Translations under genes and position numbers: made by a program
The notes under the pieces: model-generated
Seen by the model: the letters and a program-made list of their open reading frames with translations, nothing else
Database searches by the model: none
Told to the model about the DNA's origin: nothing
From: a virus
IMG/VR virus record: IMGVR_UViG_3300036820_000007
Span: 1 to 64,000 of that record
Length of the DNA: 64,000 bases
Reading direction: 5' to 3' (one strand)
Shown: positions 1 to 9,586 of the stretch, one piece after another
Layout of the letters: every line of letters starts with the position of its first letter
Position numbering within the stretch: position 1 is the first letter of the stretch

Positions 1-69
1 ACTGATCCGTTCCCCGCAGCGCACGGCCAAGGGTCGCGCGCCACAGCCAGCGGGCCGGTTCGGGCCGTC

Positions 70-453
70 TTACAGTTCCTGGGGCGTAAGCCCCGCGATG
101 CAGTCGGCGATGAGCGTCTGCGACAGGTAGAGCTTGTCGCCGACGTTACGGATTTCGGTCACTACGTCGCCGCCGGGCTCCACTAGCCCTCCTGCGTGGG
201 ATGGGCCGGGGTGGTCCGACTCTGACCACTGCGCCTCGTCGAACCTGCCGTAGACCAGGGTGCGGCCGTCCGCGTGCTGGCGCACCTCCATCTCGTAGGT
301 GTCCGCCTGGCCCTGCTCGACGGCCTGATCGTGGCGTGCGGGATCGCGGATCTCACAGCTGTCGCCGCTGACCCTCACGATCAGGGGCCACTCGTCCTCG
401 CTGATGCTGACCGGCCGCCGGTCCGTCAGCGGGATAGTGATGCGCTTGCTCAT
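70..453 (-). CDS. hypothetical protein (left-arm array)
   Basis: ATG at 453 preceded by GAGAGGAG. Confidence 0.7.
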   Translation of the reverse strand: MSKRITIPLTDRRPVSISEDEWPLIVRVSGDSCEIRDPARHDQAVEQGQADTYEMEVRQHADGRTLVYGRFDEAQWSESDHPGPSHAGGLVEPGGDVVTEIRNVGDKLYLSQTLIADCIAGLTPQEL

Positions 454-547
454 GGGTCTCCTCTCGGGCTGGCCTGGCATCTTCAGCATGCGGCTGGCCA
501 ATTCCGCGCGGACGGCCTTGCGGCCGTTTCGCCTTAGCGGGTCGAAC

Positions 548-802
548 TCAGCGGAAGTGCGCATAGACCCAATCTTCGCCCTGTTCGGCAGTTAGCCTGC
601 CGATCTCAGCGTGGTACTCAGCCTCTCCTTTATCGCTGATAGCTGTGACGTGGGGCCATGCGGGATCGTGCTCCAGCAGCCCGCGATCGTAGAGGTCGTT
701 CGCTATCGCCAGGGCATCTTCCGCCGGCTGGTAATTTTCCCGGTTGCGGTAGGCGGCGTGCAGGACGCTCATTTCGGCAGCCGTTAGGCGTCCGGTCGTC
801 AT
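548..802 (-). CDS. hypothetical protein
   Basis: ORF with AGAGGAG RBS. Confidence 0.65.
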   Translation of the reverse strand: MTTGRLTAAEMSVLHAAYRNRENYQPAEDALAIANDLYDRGLLEHDPAWPHVTAISDKGEAEYHAEIGRLTAEQGEDWVYAHFR

Positions 803-818
803 GCGGGTCTCCTCTTGA

Positions 819-1082
819 TTAGATCCACTGCAGGTCGTTGATTGCCCGCAGGTCCTTATCGGCGCAGAGCTTGTTCAGCTCCAGCGTGGTCATGCCGCGC
901 TTCTGGGCGCCCTCCCAGACCAGCCGCGGCGAGAACGCGCCAACCAGGATCGGCATGATGCTCTCGCAGAACCCTGCCATCGCCTGGGCGTCGGTGCAGT
1001 TCGCCGCGCCTGCCTTCTCGCCGTCGATCAGCGCCTGGGCGTAGGCGGTGCCCTCGTCGCACTTACGGATCTCGGTGGCCAT
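819..1082 (-). CDS. hypothetical protein
   Basis: ORF with GAGAGGAG RBS. Confidence 0.7.
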   Translation of the reverse strand: MATEIRKCDEGTAYAQALIDGEKAGAANCTDAQAMAGFCESIMPILVGAFSPRLVWEGAQKRGMTTLELNKLCADKDLRAINDLQWI

Positions 1083-1159
1083 TCGCAGTCTCCTCTCGAT
1101 TCCATCTTGGGCTGATTACCCAGGCGGACGCATCTGCGAGAGATGCGCCCTGGGGGTGG

Positions 1160-1405
1160 TCAGGCCTTCGAGCGCTCGGCATTCTTCAGCCACCGGTCGA
1201 ACACGCCTGCCGTGACGTCCATGTTCTTCAGCCTCGGCAGCTGCTCGACCCATTGCGGGAAGCCGATCGCCGTGTCCCACGGGATGAAATCCAGCAGGGT
1301 GCCGTCGGCCGCGTAAACGGCGTACGCCCAGCGTGGGCGGCCGCTCGGCCGTTGCATTGGGGCGCTCATGTACTGCGCGAGCGCGGGCTCCAGCTTGCCT
1401 GCCAT
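1160..1405 (-). CDS. hypothetical protein
   Basis: ATG 1405 after GAGAGGAG. Confidence 0.65.
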   Translation of the reverse strand: MAGKLEPALAQYMSAPMQRPSGRPRWAYAVYAADGTLLDFIPWDTAIGFPQWVEQLPRLKNMDVTAGVFDRWLKNAERSKA

Positions 1406-1583
1406 TGAGGGTCTCCTCTCGGTTAGTGGTGGTACCACAGGAACCACGCAATCAGGACCAGCGCGATAACTACGGACGACACATGCCTCCGTCTGTTCAT
1501 CTGCGCTGGCGTGGGCGGTGGCGCGGGGTGGTACTCGATGCCGCGCACGATCATGCGTCCCAGCATTTTTGCCTCCTCTTTTC

Positions 1584-2972
1584 CTAGTCGACTTCGCCGT
1601 CGGCGCCTGTCTCGGATGTCACGCCCGTCACACCCGTCTCGCCTGTCTCAAAGAAGTCGTCCAGGTCGTCCGCGTCCCCGTCGAACAGGGTCCGCGTGTC
1701 GTCCAGGTCGTCCTCGTCCTCATCTTCCGGCGTGTCGGGCTCCTTCGGCAGCCGCTGGGCAGCGATGCGGTCGATGTCCCTCAGCCAGTAGCCGCGCGCC
1801 TGGTCCGGGCAGATGTGCCGGGGGAGCCGCTCCGGCCGCACGGGCCGCATGGCGTCGGCGATGAAGTCCGCCAGCGCCTTCGGCGACATGCCCTCGTACA
1901 GCGGGCTGCGGAACTCCTGGACCGTCTCCACGATGAGACGCCCGGGTACCGGGTCCGTGCCGATCTTCCACGCGGCCAGCTGGATGTCGCGGATCGCGGT
2001 CTGCTTCGGCGTGAGCACCGGCTGATCTGCCTGGTCGATGGCAAGGTCCAGGAACGCCGAGAGGGCGCGCCGTGGCCAGTTTCCGCCAGCTATAGCGGCA
2101 CAGGCCAGGAGCGGCTCCCAGATCTCACGCCGCCGGCCGGTCAGCTTGGGGTGCAGCCCCTTGGCCCGGAACCGCTCCAGCTCGGCCAGGCGGCCTCGTA
2201 CCCAGCAGGACAGCGCGTCGCGCAGCAGGTCAGTCTGCGGGTCATGCTCGCGCACCGTGTAGTCGCAGCGAGGGTGCCCCACCTGCATCTTGATGACCAG
2301 GCAGCGAGAGCGGATGTCGTCCGGGACTGCCACCCCTCGGCCGGCCATGCCTGCTGCGGTGAAGATGTCGGCCTGCTCCGCTACGCGGTTAACCGAGAAG
2401 CTCTGCGTTGCCTTCTGCTTGTAGCCCTTGCGCAGGACCTTGCCGATCGGCGCGCCAGCCCCGGCGCGGCCCGACTTGCCGAACACATCTGAGATCTCGT
2501 CGATGATGATGGTCGGCTTCATGTCCGGCGGGCAGGCCAGCTTGGAGCGCAGCGCGTCCGGAGTCGCGTCCCCGTCCCACTGGTTGGCCGACAGGCCCCC
2601 GACCCGGGCGAGCGATTCCGACTTGCCCGAGCCCATCTCGCCGGCCAGCAGCAGCCGCGGCGTGGCGGGGAAGGCCTGCAGGCCGTGGGTGTGCGCTGCC
2701 CAAAGTGTCATGACGTCCAGCTGTGCCGCAGTGGCGTCGATGAATTTGGCCAGGAATTCCCGGCACTCATCCAGGACTGCCGCCGGGTCGGGCCCTATTC
2801 CGTCCCGCGTGTTGTCCGCGTCAATCTGGGCTACGGTCGCGTCTGCCAGCGCGGTTGCTGCGCCTGCCTCCGCGACGGCGGAGCGGATGTCGCCGTCGTC
2901 AGCCAGCACGGTCCCGCGCAATGTTCCCCCGAACATGGCGGGCGACGGCCGGTCAGTTGTCATTGTCGTCAT
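1584..2972 (-). CDS. DUF3631-like P-loop NTPase (replication/primase-helicase associated)
   Basis: Walker A GEMGSGKS, Walker B IIIDE, DDIRSRC and RRREIWEPLL motifs, acidic C-terminal tail. Confidence 0.75.
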   Translation of the reverse strand: MTTMTTDRPSPAMFGGTLRGTVLADDGDIRSAVAEAGAATALADATVAQIDADNTRDGIGPDPAAVLDECREFLAKFIDATAAQLDVMTLWAAHTHGLQAFPATPRLLLAGEMGSGKSESLARVGGLSANQWDGDATPDALRSKLACPPDMKPTIIIDEISDVFGKSGRAGAGAPIGKVLRKGYKQKATQSFSVNRVAEQADIFTAAGMAGRGVAVPDDIRSRCLVIKMQVGHPRCDYTVREHDPQTDLLRDALSCWVRGRLAELERFRAKGLHPKLTGRRREIWEPLLACAAIAGGNWPRRALSAFLDLAIDQADQPVLTPKQTAIRDIQLAAWKIGTDPVPGRLIVETVQEFRSPLYEGMSPKALADFIADAMRPVRPERLPRHICPDQARGYWLRDIDRIAAQRLPKEPDTPEDEDEDDLDDTRTLFDGDADDLDDFFETGETGVTGVTSETGADGEVD

Positions 2973-3009
2973 GATCTGTGCTCCCCTCCCTCTCTCACGT
3001 TCGTAAATG

Positions 3010-3044
3010 ACTATACCCCCCGTGGCAGCCTAGTCACTTGTGAC
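3010..3044 (-). promoter_or_regulatory. candidate promoter (GTGACT-16-TATAGT) overlapping palindrome GTCAC-TT-GTGAC
   Basis: Upstream of the DUF3631-like gene; near-identical 22-mer recurs at 23956-23977. Confidence 0.45.
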
Positions 3045-3126
3045 GCGCAAACACATGCCTGATCTCTGCACACCCCGGCAGGTACCAGGCATGAGCAGGT
3101 ACCTGCGGGGGTGAACCGGGACCGGG

Positions 3127-3423
3127 CTAGCTGGGCGTGGCGTCCTCTTCCGGTGCGCACTGCCCGGAGGCCAGGTACGTAGCCGCGCTGGCTACGGGCG
3201 CCGCGCGGAGCTGGCTCACTGCCGTGTCCAGCGACCGCAGCGCGTCCTGGTAGTAGGCCGCAACTAGATCGATCGCTTCCTTGCGTCCCTCCGGCGTCAG
3301 CCACACCGTGTCGATTGCGCGCTGCGCCATCCGCAGGCGGTTTACTGCCTGGCCTGCGTTCTCAACGGCCAGGACGGCCGCGTCCTCGATCGTGGACAGG
3401 GCCTCCTTCTCAGTGGGTGCCAT
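3127..3423 (-). CDS. hypothetical protein
   Basis: ATG 3423 after GAGAGGAG. Confidence 0.6.
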   Translation of the reverse strand: MAPTEKEALSTIEDAAVLAVENAGQAVNRLRMAQRAIDTVWLTPEGRKEAIDLVAAYYQDALRSLDTAVSQLRAAPVASAATYLASGQCAPEEDATPS

Positions 3424-3461
3424 GCTGGTCTCCTCTCGACTTGATGAAGCGCTGGTCAGCG

Positions 3462-3851
3462 TCAGTCCCGCGGCGGGGAACCTCGCCACGGCCCGTATTG
3501 CCTGCCGCCCGGATTCACGTCCACGCGCGGGAGCGTGCTCAGGTGAGCTGGCCGGAGTGCCATGCGCACGACGGCCTGGTGCTCGCTCGTAGTGCTGGAG
3601 TAGCGGACATCAGGCAGCCACCATGCATCCACATCGCCCGGCCCCGCCGCGGGAACGTGCCATGCGATTGGCGTCTCGTAGCTGAACACCACGTAATCGG
3701 CGTCCCGCAGGAACCGGTGATACTGCGCGGGCAGGTCACCGCATCCGGTGGCGCCGCCGTCCTCGGTTGGCCGGCCGCTTAGCCAGCGATCCCGGAACTC
3801 CGCACGCGCCGCGATGGCATCGTGCGGGCTAACCCGTTTTGCTGCCGTCAT
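3462..3851 (-). CDS. conserved phage hypothetical protein (YVVFSYETPIAW / YSSTTSEHQ)
   Basis: ORF, RBS, motif pattern familiar from actinophage early proteins. Confidence 0.7.
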   Translation of the reverse strand: MTAAKRVSPHDAIAARAEFRDRWLSGRPTEDGGATGCGDLPAQYHRFLRDADYVVFSYETPIAWHVPAAGPGDVDAWWLPDVRYSSTTSEHQAVVRMALRPAHLSTLPRVDVNPGGRQYGPWRGSPPRD

Positions 3852-3928
3852 GCTGATCTCCTCTCGGTTCTGCCTCTTAGCAGGCACGGCGCGGGCACGA
3901 GTCGCGCCCGGCCGAACCGGTTAAGCGG

Positions 3929-4180
3929 TCACTGAGCTGCGGGCTCCATGGAGATCGCGCCGCCCTGGAGAATCTCCCCGTTGTTGCCGTACCACATTGA
4001 GTCGACGCGGATAACCGCGCCCGTCTGCCGATGGGTAAAGACGGCTTCCGCCATTCCCTCGGCTGCCTCGACTTTGCAGGTGTACTGATCGAGCGGCAGG
4101 CCGAAGCCGGTAAGCCAGTCCGCTCTTAGCTGCTGTTCGATGCGCCGGTTAAGCACGGCGCCGCTGAGCGCGCGAGGCAT
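3929..4180 (-). CDS. hypothetical protein
   Basis: ORF abutting upstream gene. Confidence 0.55.
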   Translation of the reverse strand: MPRALSGAVLNRRIEQQLRADWLTGFGLPLDQYTCKVEAAEGMAEAVFTHRQTGAVIRVDSMWYGNNGEILQGGAISMEPAAQ

Positions 4181-4183
4181 GAC

Positions 4184-4588
4184 CTAGAGCCTCTCGGTGT
4201 GCCAGAGGTAGGCGTCGTACTTGTCACCGAGGAACTGCCGCAACTTGATCGTCTGCGCCTCGGTCTGGTCCCAGACCCTCTCCGGCTTCCGCGAGTCGGT
4301 GTCCCACCCGAATTCGCTGGCCCAGTCCTCGAAGCCGTCCGCGTTCTCGAAGCTGGCGGCCTCGCTGGCCAGGGAGTCCAGAACCTCGGCCGCCTCGGGC
4401 TCGCCCGTGAGTGCTGGCCCCATGCCGTAAGGCACCGTCATCTGCCGGCGTCCCATGCGCAGGGTCACCCGGTACCAGTTGGCCCGCTCGTGCTGGGGCC
4501 GGTCCTGATCCCAGGCGCTCGCTGGCGGGTCGGTCATCACTGACTCTGCCGTGATCTTGTCTCGCTGCACGCGCTCTAGCATGTCCAT
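4184..4588 (-). CDS. conserved phage hypothetical protein (FEDWASEFGWDTDSRK)
   Basis: ORF with GAGAGGG RBS. Confidence 0.7.
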   Translation of the reverse strand: MDMLERVQRDKITAESVMTDPPASAWDQDRPQHERANWYRVTLRMGRRQMTVPYGMGPALTGEPEAAEVLDSLASEAASFENADGFEDWASEFGWDTDSRKPERVWDQTEAQTIKLRQFLGDKYDAYLWHTERL

Positions 4589-4613
4589 TGCTTGCGTGTC
4601 CCCTCTCGGCGTC

Positions 4614-4681
4614 AAGTGCCAGGGCGGCACTTCCGCCGGTCAGGTACAGGATCGACCTGAGCGACGGGCTAGCAGCCCTGG
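4614..4681 (-). ncRNA. intergenic pseudoknot element, GCUAG-linker subtype
   Basis: 5' AGGGC pairs with loop GCCCU of the AAGUGCC/GGCACUU hairpin. Confidence 0.7.
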
Positions 4682-4687
4682 TTAGTG

Positions 4688-4969
4688 CTACTCGCCTTTG
4701 ACCTTGACCACGCGCACCGGTACAGCGTCGATCTGCCAGCCGCCCGGCGCGCTCGGGTCGCGGTGGTGGCCGTGCCAGAGGCCGCCGCGCCCGTCTCCGC
4801 CCCGGCGTTCGTCGTCGGGAATGACGTCAACCCGGGTCATTGGCCGGCCGCGCTCGTCGGTCAGTCCTACGTGGATCTCCACCACGCAGCCGTCTGTTTC
4901 GATGTGCATGACGTTCCCGGAGCGGTTGTGCCCCGCGTAGAACGTTTCCCGCCTCATTGGCGCAGGCAT
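4688..4969 (-). CDS. hypothetical protein
   Basis: ORF with GAGAGGAG RBS. Confidence 0.6.
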   Translation of the reverse strand: MPAPMRRETFYAGHNRSGNVMHIETDGCVVEIHVGLTDERGRPMTRVDVIPDDERRGGDGRGGLWHGHHRDPSAPGGWQIDAVPVRVVKVKGE

Positions 4970-5244
4970 TATGCGGTCTCCTCTCGTGTTGGGTTACTGT
5001 CCGTTGCTACGGGGATGACCACCCCGAGTTCCCGCAATTCCTCCAGGACCGCCGGGGAACTGACCGCGAGGGCAACCGTCCTCCCGGCCGCATCGGTCCC
5101 CAAAACCAGCACCGGGTCCGGGCCGAGATCACGGGTCATTTCTCTGGTGACCGCATCGATATTCATGAAACCTCTTTCCGGTTCTGTGCCTGGCGGCACA
5201 TCCCCGCCTACGGCTTGGTACCGCAGGCGGGAAATGCGCCAGGA

Positions 5245-5514
5245 TCAGGAATAGCGCGCGTTGCGCCGGTCTTCCTTGGCCGCGCTCTCGCTGTAGTCGT
5301 CGTCCTCGTCCTCTTCGGCATCGCTGAACATGGACACCGGGAGCGTTCCGCTGCCGCCGCAGATCGCGCACGGCCCCTCGTAATCCGGTTCGTCGTACGT
5401 ACGGTGCGACTCGCCCCGGTAGGTGCTCTGCCCGCTGCCGTCACAGGTTGTGCAGTAGGTCAGCGGGTTGCCGTCCTGGTCGGTGCCCACGATGGGCAGA
5501 TCGTCAAGCGCCAT
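5245..5514 (-). CDS. small Zn-finger protein (DnaJ-like CxxCxGxG x2)
   Basis: CTTCDGSG and CAICGGSG; RBS GAGAGGAGG. Confidence 0.65.
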   Translation of the reverse strand: MALDDLPIVGTDQDGNPLTYCTTCDGSGQSTYRGESHRTYDEPDYEGPCAICGGSGTLPVSMFSDAEEDEDDDYSESAAKEDRRNARYS

Positions 5515-5575
5515 GGCGGCGCCTCCTCTCGCTGATGCTCTTTGAGTCTCGCCCTGCCTGCCGACAGTCAGCGGT

Positions 5576-5920
5576 CTACGTGGTGCCGGTTATGTCGTAC
5601 TCGCCGATAAAGTTGCCATGGACGCCGCGGACCTTGCCCGTGCCGGTGCCTCCCTGCACGGTATTGGCGACCGTACGCAGAATGCCTCCCAGCGCATCTG
5701 GATGCGCGTCCACGCGATTGTCCAGCCTGATCTTGAGGTTGAACTCCGGCCCAGCGGGGGCCTTCGGGCCTGGGGCCTCGCCGCCGTTGAGGTAGTGGAC
5801 GCGCCCGGCGGCCTCTTCGGTACTGCCGTGGTCGCTCTCCGGCTCCCACCTGCCGTCTGGCCCGTAGAAGCCCACCGTCCAGAGCTGAGGCTCGCTGTGG
5901 ATGTAAACCCATGTCGTCAC
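5576..5920 (-). CDS. hypothetical protein
   Basis: GTG start after GAGAGGAG; SEPQLWTVGFY...VHYLNGG. Confidence 0.7.
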   Translation of the reverse strand: MTTWVYIHSEPQLWTVGFYGPDGRWEPESDHGSTEEAAGRVHYLNGGEAPGPKAPAGPEFNLKIRLDNRVDAHPDALGGILRTVANTVQGGTGTGKVRGVHGNFIGEYDITGTT

Positions 5921-5939
5921 TGCTGTCTCCTCTCATGTT

Positions 5940-6000
5940 GGGGTGAACACCCCGGCACGGTGCGGAGACTCGCGCCTCCGCGCCATGCCCGAACGTTCAC
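5940..6000 (-). ncRNA. intergenic pseudoknot element
   Basis: GUGAAC pairs with GUUCAC; GCGA tetraloop on long stem. Confidence 0.7.
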
Positions 6001-6393
6001 GCGCTCAGCGCCTCCGGCCGGGTGGCCTCCGCAAAGTGCTCCCGGTACTTCCGGTGTGCTGCCTGCTGGTTCATGCGCTCCCCGAACGGCTCCCCGCATT
6101 CGCAGATCCCTGCGTACCCCGGGTAGGTGGGGATGGAGAAATACCGGTGACCGGCATTGCGGGGGAGCGGTGGTGCGGCCTGCCCGGCCGCTGGCGCGTT
6201 CACGGCCTGAACGCGGCGAGGTGGCGAAGGTCGGCCCCGTCCCGCGTGGCTGCCGCTCGCTGTGACCGCTGGCCAGCAGCGAGCCGGATGGCCGCGCGCC
6301 GTACTCGTGGCGGACTTCCCAGAGCGCGCTCGGCTGCTCGGCGCTGTCTGCGCTCGGCTTCCCTCATTGACGGCATGGTGTCTCCTCTCGAAT

Positions 6394-6452
6394 CGCCCCG
6401 TGCGGGCGGGACGTGGCGACCCCCGGAGGGATCGCCCATCCTGTCGGCACGG
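6394..6452 (-). ncRNA. intergenic pseudoknot element
   Basis: CCGUGC pairs with GCACGG at the CGCCC/GGGCG hairpin. Confidence 0.7.
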
Positions 6453-6510
6453 TGACCGCTCAGTCACAAGTTACCATAGCGACCCCGCTCGGCTCGTCAG
6501 TTACGATGGG

Positions 6511-6843
6511 TCAAGGTTTCTCGTCCCACCCTTCGCATCCGGGACTGCCGCACGCGAGCACGCAGGCGCACTCCTCGCCCGGCGCTTTGCCCAGGCAGCG
6601 GGGACACGGCTTGCTGGCCTCTAGCCAGGCGTCGCGGTCGCTGGCCGGCTCCCAGTCGGCGCCGGTCCATTCCAGGCGTGCGCCGCTGTCGCCCTCGATT
6701 ACTGGCGCGTGGGCGTAGCGGGTGGCGTGAAACTGCGGGTCAACCGTGGCCAGCTGTCCGCACGTGAGGCACTTCTTAGCCTCCGCCCGGAGCGCGGCCA
6801 GCTGCTCGGCGGTGATCTCGCCGAAGGTGTCATTCCACGACAT
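6511..6843 (-). CDS. Cys-rich hypothetical protein
   Basis: CxxC pairs; ATG 6843. Confidence 0.55.
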   Translation of the reverse strand: MSWNDTFGEITAEQLAALRAEAKKCLTCGQLATVDPQFHATRYAHAPVIEGDSGARLEWTGADWEPASDRDAWLEASKPCPRCLGKAPGEECACVLACGSPGCEGWDEKP

Positions 6844-6850
6844 GGCGCAC

Positions 6851-7153
6851 CTACCTGACGTAGTGGTAAGCCGCCGGGCCGCCGCTCCACATGCGGGCGG
6901 TCCCGTGGTCCAGGTCGGTAAGGTGCGTCCGCTGCCTCCCGTTGCCGTGGCGCCAGGGGATAGCGGACGGGTCGGCCAGGATTTCGGCCAGCGACCACCG
7001 CCGCGTGACGTTGCCGAAGTTGTCGAGCGTGGCCGCGCCGGTGATCTTCCACTTGCCCGATGCCGTGTTGTACGGCGCTGGCAGTGACGGCCGGGCAATC
7101 GTGCCGTCGTCGTAGAGAGTCATGCTCTCCTCGTTATTAACGATCGTTCGCAC
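6851..7153 (-). CDS. hypothetical protein
   Basis: GTG 7153 after GAGAGGAG. Confidence 0.6.
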   Translation of the reverse strand: MRTIVNNEESMTLYDDGTIARPSLPAPYNTASGKWKITGAATLDNFGNVTRRWSLAEILADPSAIPWRHGNGRQRTHLTDLDHGTARMWSGGPAAYHYVR

Positions 7154-7227
7154 TGCTGTCTCCTCTCGCCTGCCCAAGCGGGCAACGGCCAGCACCCCGC
7201 CTCCATGGGGATGCTGCCCGCAACGCG

Positions 7228-7533
7228 CTAGGGTCGCCGCAACGCAGCCGCACGCTTCTCGTAAGCATCCGGGGGAGTGCGGAAGATCACCCGCAGCCGG
7301 TAGTGGTAGGGCGCGCTTTCCAGCTCGCGCCGCAGTGCCGCGTACTCGCCCGGGTTCGCCGGCCTGGTGGTGCCGATCACGTACGCCGGATCGGCCGCGC
7401 CGTGCTGGCCCATGTGCACAAACGACGTGCACTTGGCAGGCTCGCCCACCTCGGCGGGCAGGTACGGGAATAGCGCGATGATCTCGCCGTCCCGGAACTT
7501 GCGGAACATGACCGCCGTGATCTCTTCGGTCAT
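7228..7533 (-). CDS. conserved phage hypothetical protein (IIALFP / HMGQHGAA)
   Basis: ORF; recognisable small-protein motif. Confidence 0.7.
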   Translation of the reverse strand: MTEEITAVMFRKFRDGEIIALFPYLPAEVGEPAKCTSFVHMGQHGAADPAYVIGTTRPANPGEYAALRRELESAPYHYRLRVIFRTPPDAYEKRAAALRRP

Positions 7534-7536
7534 CGG

Positions 7537-7728
7537 TCAGCCCACGTCCCGGATGGTGACGTTATAGCGCGGCCCGTCGTCCGGGTCCGCACCGGCCGGT
7601 GTCACGATGAACTCCGCGACCCCGGCGCGCTCGTCTACCTCGAATGCTTCCCCCAGCTCGAAATCCGGGCTGGCATCGATCGCCTGCGCGATCTTCTCGG
7701 CGTCTGTTGATACGTTCGTCCATGCCAT
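7537..7728 (-). CDS. hypothetical protein
   Basis: ATG 7728 after GAGAGGAG. Confidence 0.6.
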   Translation of the reverse strand: MAWTNVSTDAEKIAQAIDASPDFELGEAFEVDERAGVAEFIVTPAGADPDDGPRYNVTIRDVG

Positions 7729-8059
7729 CGCTTGCTGTCTCCTCTCGCTGCCCGTACGGGCAGGACAGCCGGCCGGAACATGCCGGCCGGCATCCTGAAC
7801 GTGCGCGCTGGCATCGGTCAGGCCGCCGCGTAAGCGACCTGGCCGTTCCGTACGGTCGCCCGCGCTACTGGCGGGCGCCCATCCTGTACCGGGTGAACGT
7901 GCTGGCCGACGTTGCCCGACCCGCAGGCCGAGCCGTCGCAATCCACGATGCACGCACTAAGCGGCGGGTCGAAAATCATTGCCGTTGCCTTTCTCTCGAT
8001 TGCCCGTACGGGCATGACTCTCGGCCAGGGGAGCCCTAGCCGAGATCAAACGCGCGCGG

Positions 8060-8395
8060 TCAGCTTGGCGGTATCTCGGTAATGCGCAGGAACACAACGC
8101 GCCCGTGCCCGCGCTCCGCCTCTGCCTTGGTCCCGTACGGAAAGCACATTTCCAGCTGCCCGCGCGTATGCCAGATCATGCAAGGCTCGGTGTCCGCCTC
8201 GTGCCACTGGTAGGCGAACCCCATCCATCCCCAGTGCGTAACCGTGTCGCCCTCCGGCACCTCTTCCACGAGCACGCGGAGGATCGGTCCTTTCAGGCCA
8301 TGCATCCGCACGTAGCGCTCCGAGCCGATCGTGTGAAACCGGCCATCGTCGTACCGGTGGGCGTGCATCTCCCAGGACTGCCCTGGATCGGTCAC
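8060..8395 (-). CDS. hypothetical protein
   Basis: GTG 8395 overlapping upstream stop. Confidence 0.6.
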   Translation of the reverse strand: MTDPGQSWEMHAHRYDDGRFHTIGSERYVRMHGLKGPILRVLVEEVPEGDTVTHWGWMGFAYQWHEADTEPCMIWHTRGQLEMCFPYGTKAEAERGHGRVVFLRITEIPPS

Positions 8396-8853
8396 CGTTC
8401 CCCCTCTCGCGTTACCAGGGCCGGCGGATACCCGCCGTCTGGCCTTTGCTCGTCCTCGAAAAACGCGCACAGTCCCACCAGCCATGCCGGGGGATGGCTA
8501 ACCCCCTTGCGGGTGTACGCCCAGACCTGCCCGCCTGGCTTGCCGTCCGGCCGCACGCGAACCGTGGGGGACTCGTAAGGGTCCTCCTCGCGGAACTTGG
8601 TGTTAAGCGCGGCCATGAACAGGTCGTGATGCACGCCGGGCCCGATCTCCAGCACCCATCCCGTTACCGGCCGGATCTCGTAGCTGTACTTGCGGCTGAT
8701 GTGCTCCTCGCGCCATTTGACGCTGGCCTCGGCTTCGGGGCGGGTGAACGTGTCGCCCCACGGGTCGGTTGCCATGTTGTCCAGTCGCCTTGTCGCCCCG
8801 GTGTTGTTGTCGCGCTCGATGACTAGGCAGCGCTCCTCGCCGTGCTCGGTCAA
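8392..8853 (-). CDS. hypothetical protein
   Basis: TTG 8853 after GAGAGGAG. Confidence 0.6.
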   Translation of the reverse strand: MTEHGEERCLVIERDNNTGATRRLDNMATDPWGDTFTRPEAEASVKWREEHISRKYSYEIRPVTGWVLEIGPGVHHDLFMAALNTKFREEDPYESPTVRVRPDGKPGGQVWAYTRKGVSHPPAWLVGLCAFFEDEQRPDGGYPPALVTREGER

Positions 8854-8873
8854 AGCGTTCTCCTCTCGGTTGG

Positions 8874-8940
8874 GATGCCTAGGCGGCATCTCTCCGGCGC
8901 TCGTATCCGCAGACACGAGCGCCAGAGGCTAGCGGCCTGG
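8874..8940 (-). ncRNA. intergenic pseudoknot element, GCUAG-linker subtype
   Basis: AGGC pairs with loop GCCU of GAUGCC/GGCAUC. Confidence 0.7.
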
Positions 8941-9144
8941 GCGTACGGTCAGTAGCTCAGCGAGCCGTCGCCGATGCCTTTTGCGACCTGGTCATAGTCG
9001 GGAAGCTCGGCGCCGTCCCGGCTCTTCTTCAGGCGCATGAGTTCGGCAGCCTCCACCTTGCGCGCGCCGGCCGCCTCGAAGAAGTCCCGGAACTCCCCGA
9101 TCGAGCACTTGCCGTTGCTGTCCACCCTGTGTCTCCTCTCGTTA

Positions 9145-9214
9145 GATGCCGAGGTGGCATCCCCGCGAGGCTCGCACCACAGCGGGCGCGAGCATCACGG
9201 GCTAGCTACCTAGG
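9145..9214 (-). ncRNA. intergenic pseudoknot element, GCUAG-linker subtype
   Basis: AGGU pairs with loop ACCU; compensatory change relative to the 8874 copy. Confidence 0.7.
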
Positions 9215-9298
9215 TCTGCGCGCTAGCGCCCGTTCCGCGAATGCCACGACAAGCGCGGCGAGGATGTTGTCGGCATGCCAGATGATCCGGCGCACGGG

Positions 9299-9514
9299 CT
9301 AGCCTTCGGCCGTGATCTCGGCGATCTGCTCGTCCGTGGCACCCGTCGCCTTGGCCAGCCGGACGGCCAGATCGTGCGGCAGGTCACCGCGCCAGATAGC
9401 GTCCTCCGGCTGCGGGTAGGTTCCCGCCTCCAGCTCTTTGATCACGCTGTCGAGCTGCGGCCCCGAACAGACGATCGCCGGATGCGGCATTGCAAACTTG
9501 CGCTTCATGCTCAT
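9299..9514 (-). CDS. hypothetical protein
   Basis: ORF with GAGAGGAG RBS. Confidence 0.55.
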   Translation of the reverse strand: MSMKRKFAMPHPAIVCSGPQLDSVIKELEAGTYPQPEDAIWRGDLPHDLAVRLAKATGATDEQIAEITAEG

Positions 9515-9528
9515 GTCTCCTCTCGAAT

Positions 9529-9586
9529 TGCCCTAGCAGGGCATGGCGCCCCATCGTGCGAGACGATGGGGGCCAAACGCCGCTAG
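9529..9586 (-). ncRNA. intergenic pseudoknot element, CGUU-linker subtype
   Basis: CUAGCGG pairs with CUGCUAG (G-U only on minus strand). Confidence 0.7.

Noticed and set aside
1518-2492. 324-aa plus-strand ORF
   Set aside because: Shadow of the DUF3631-like gene
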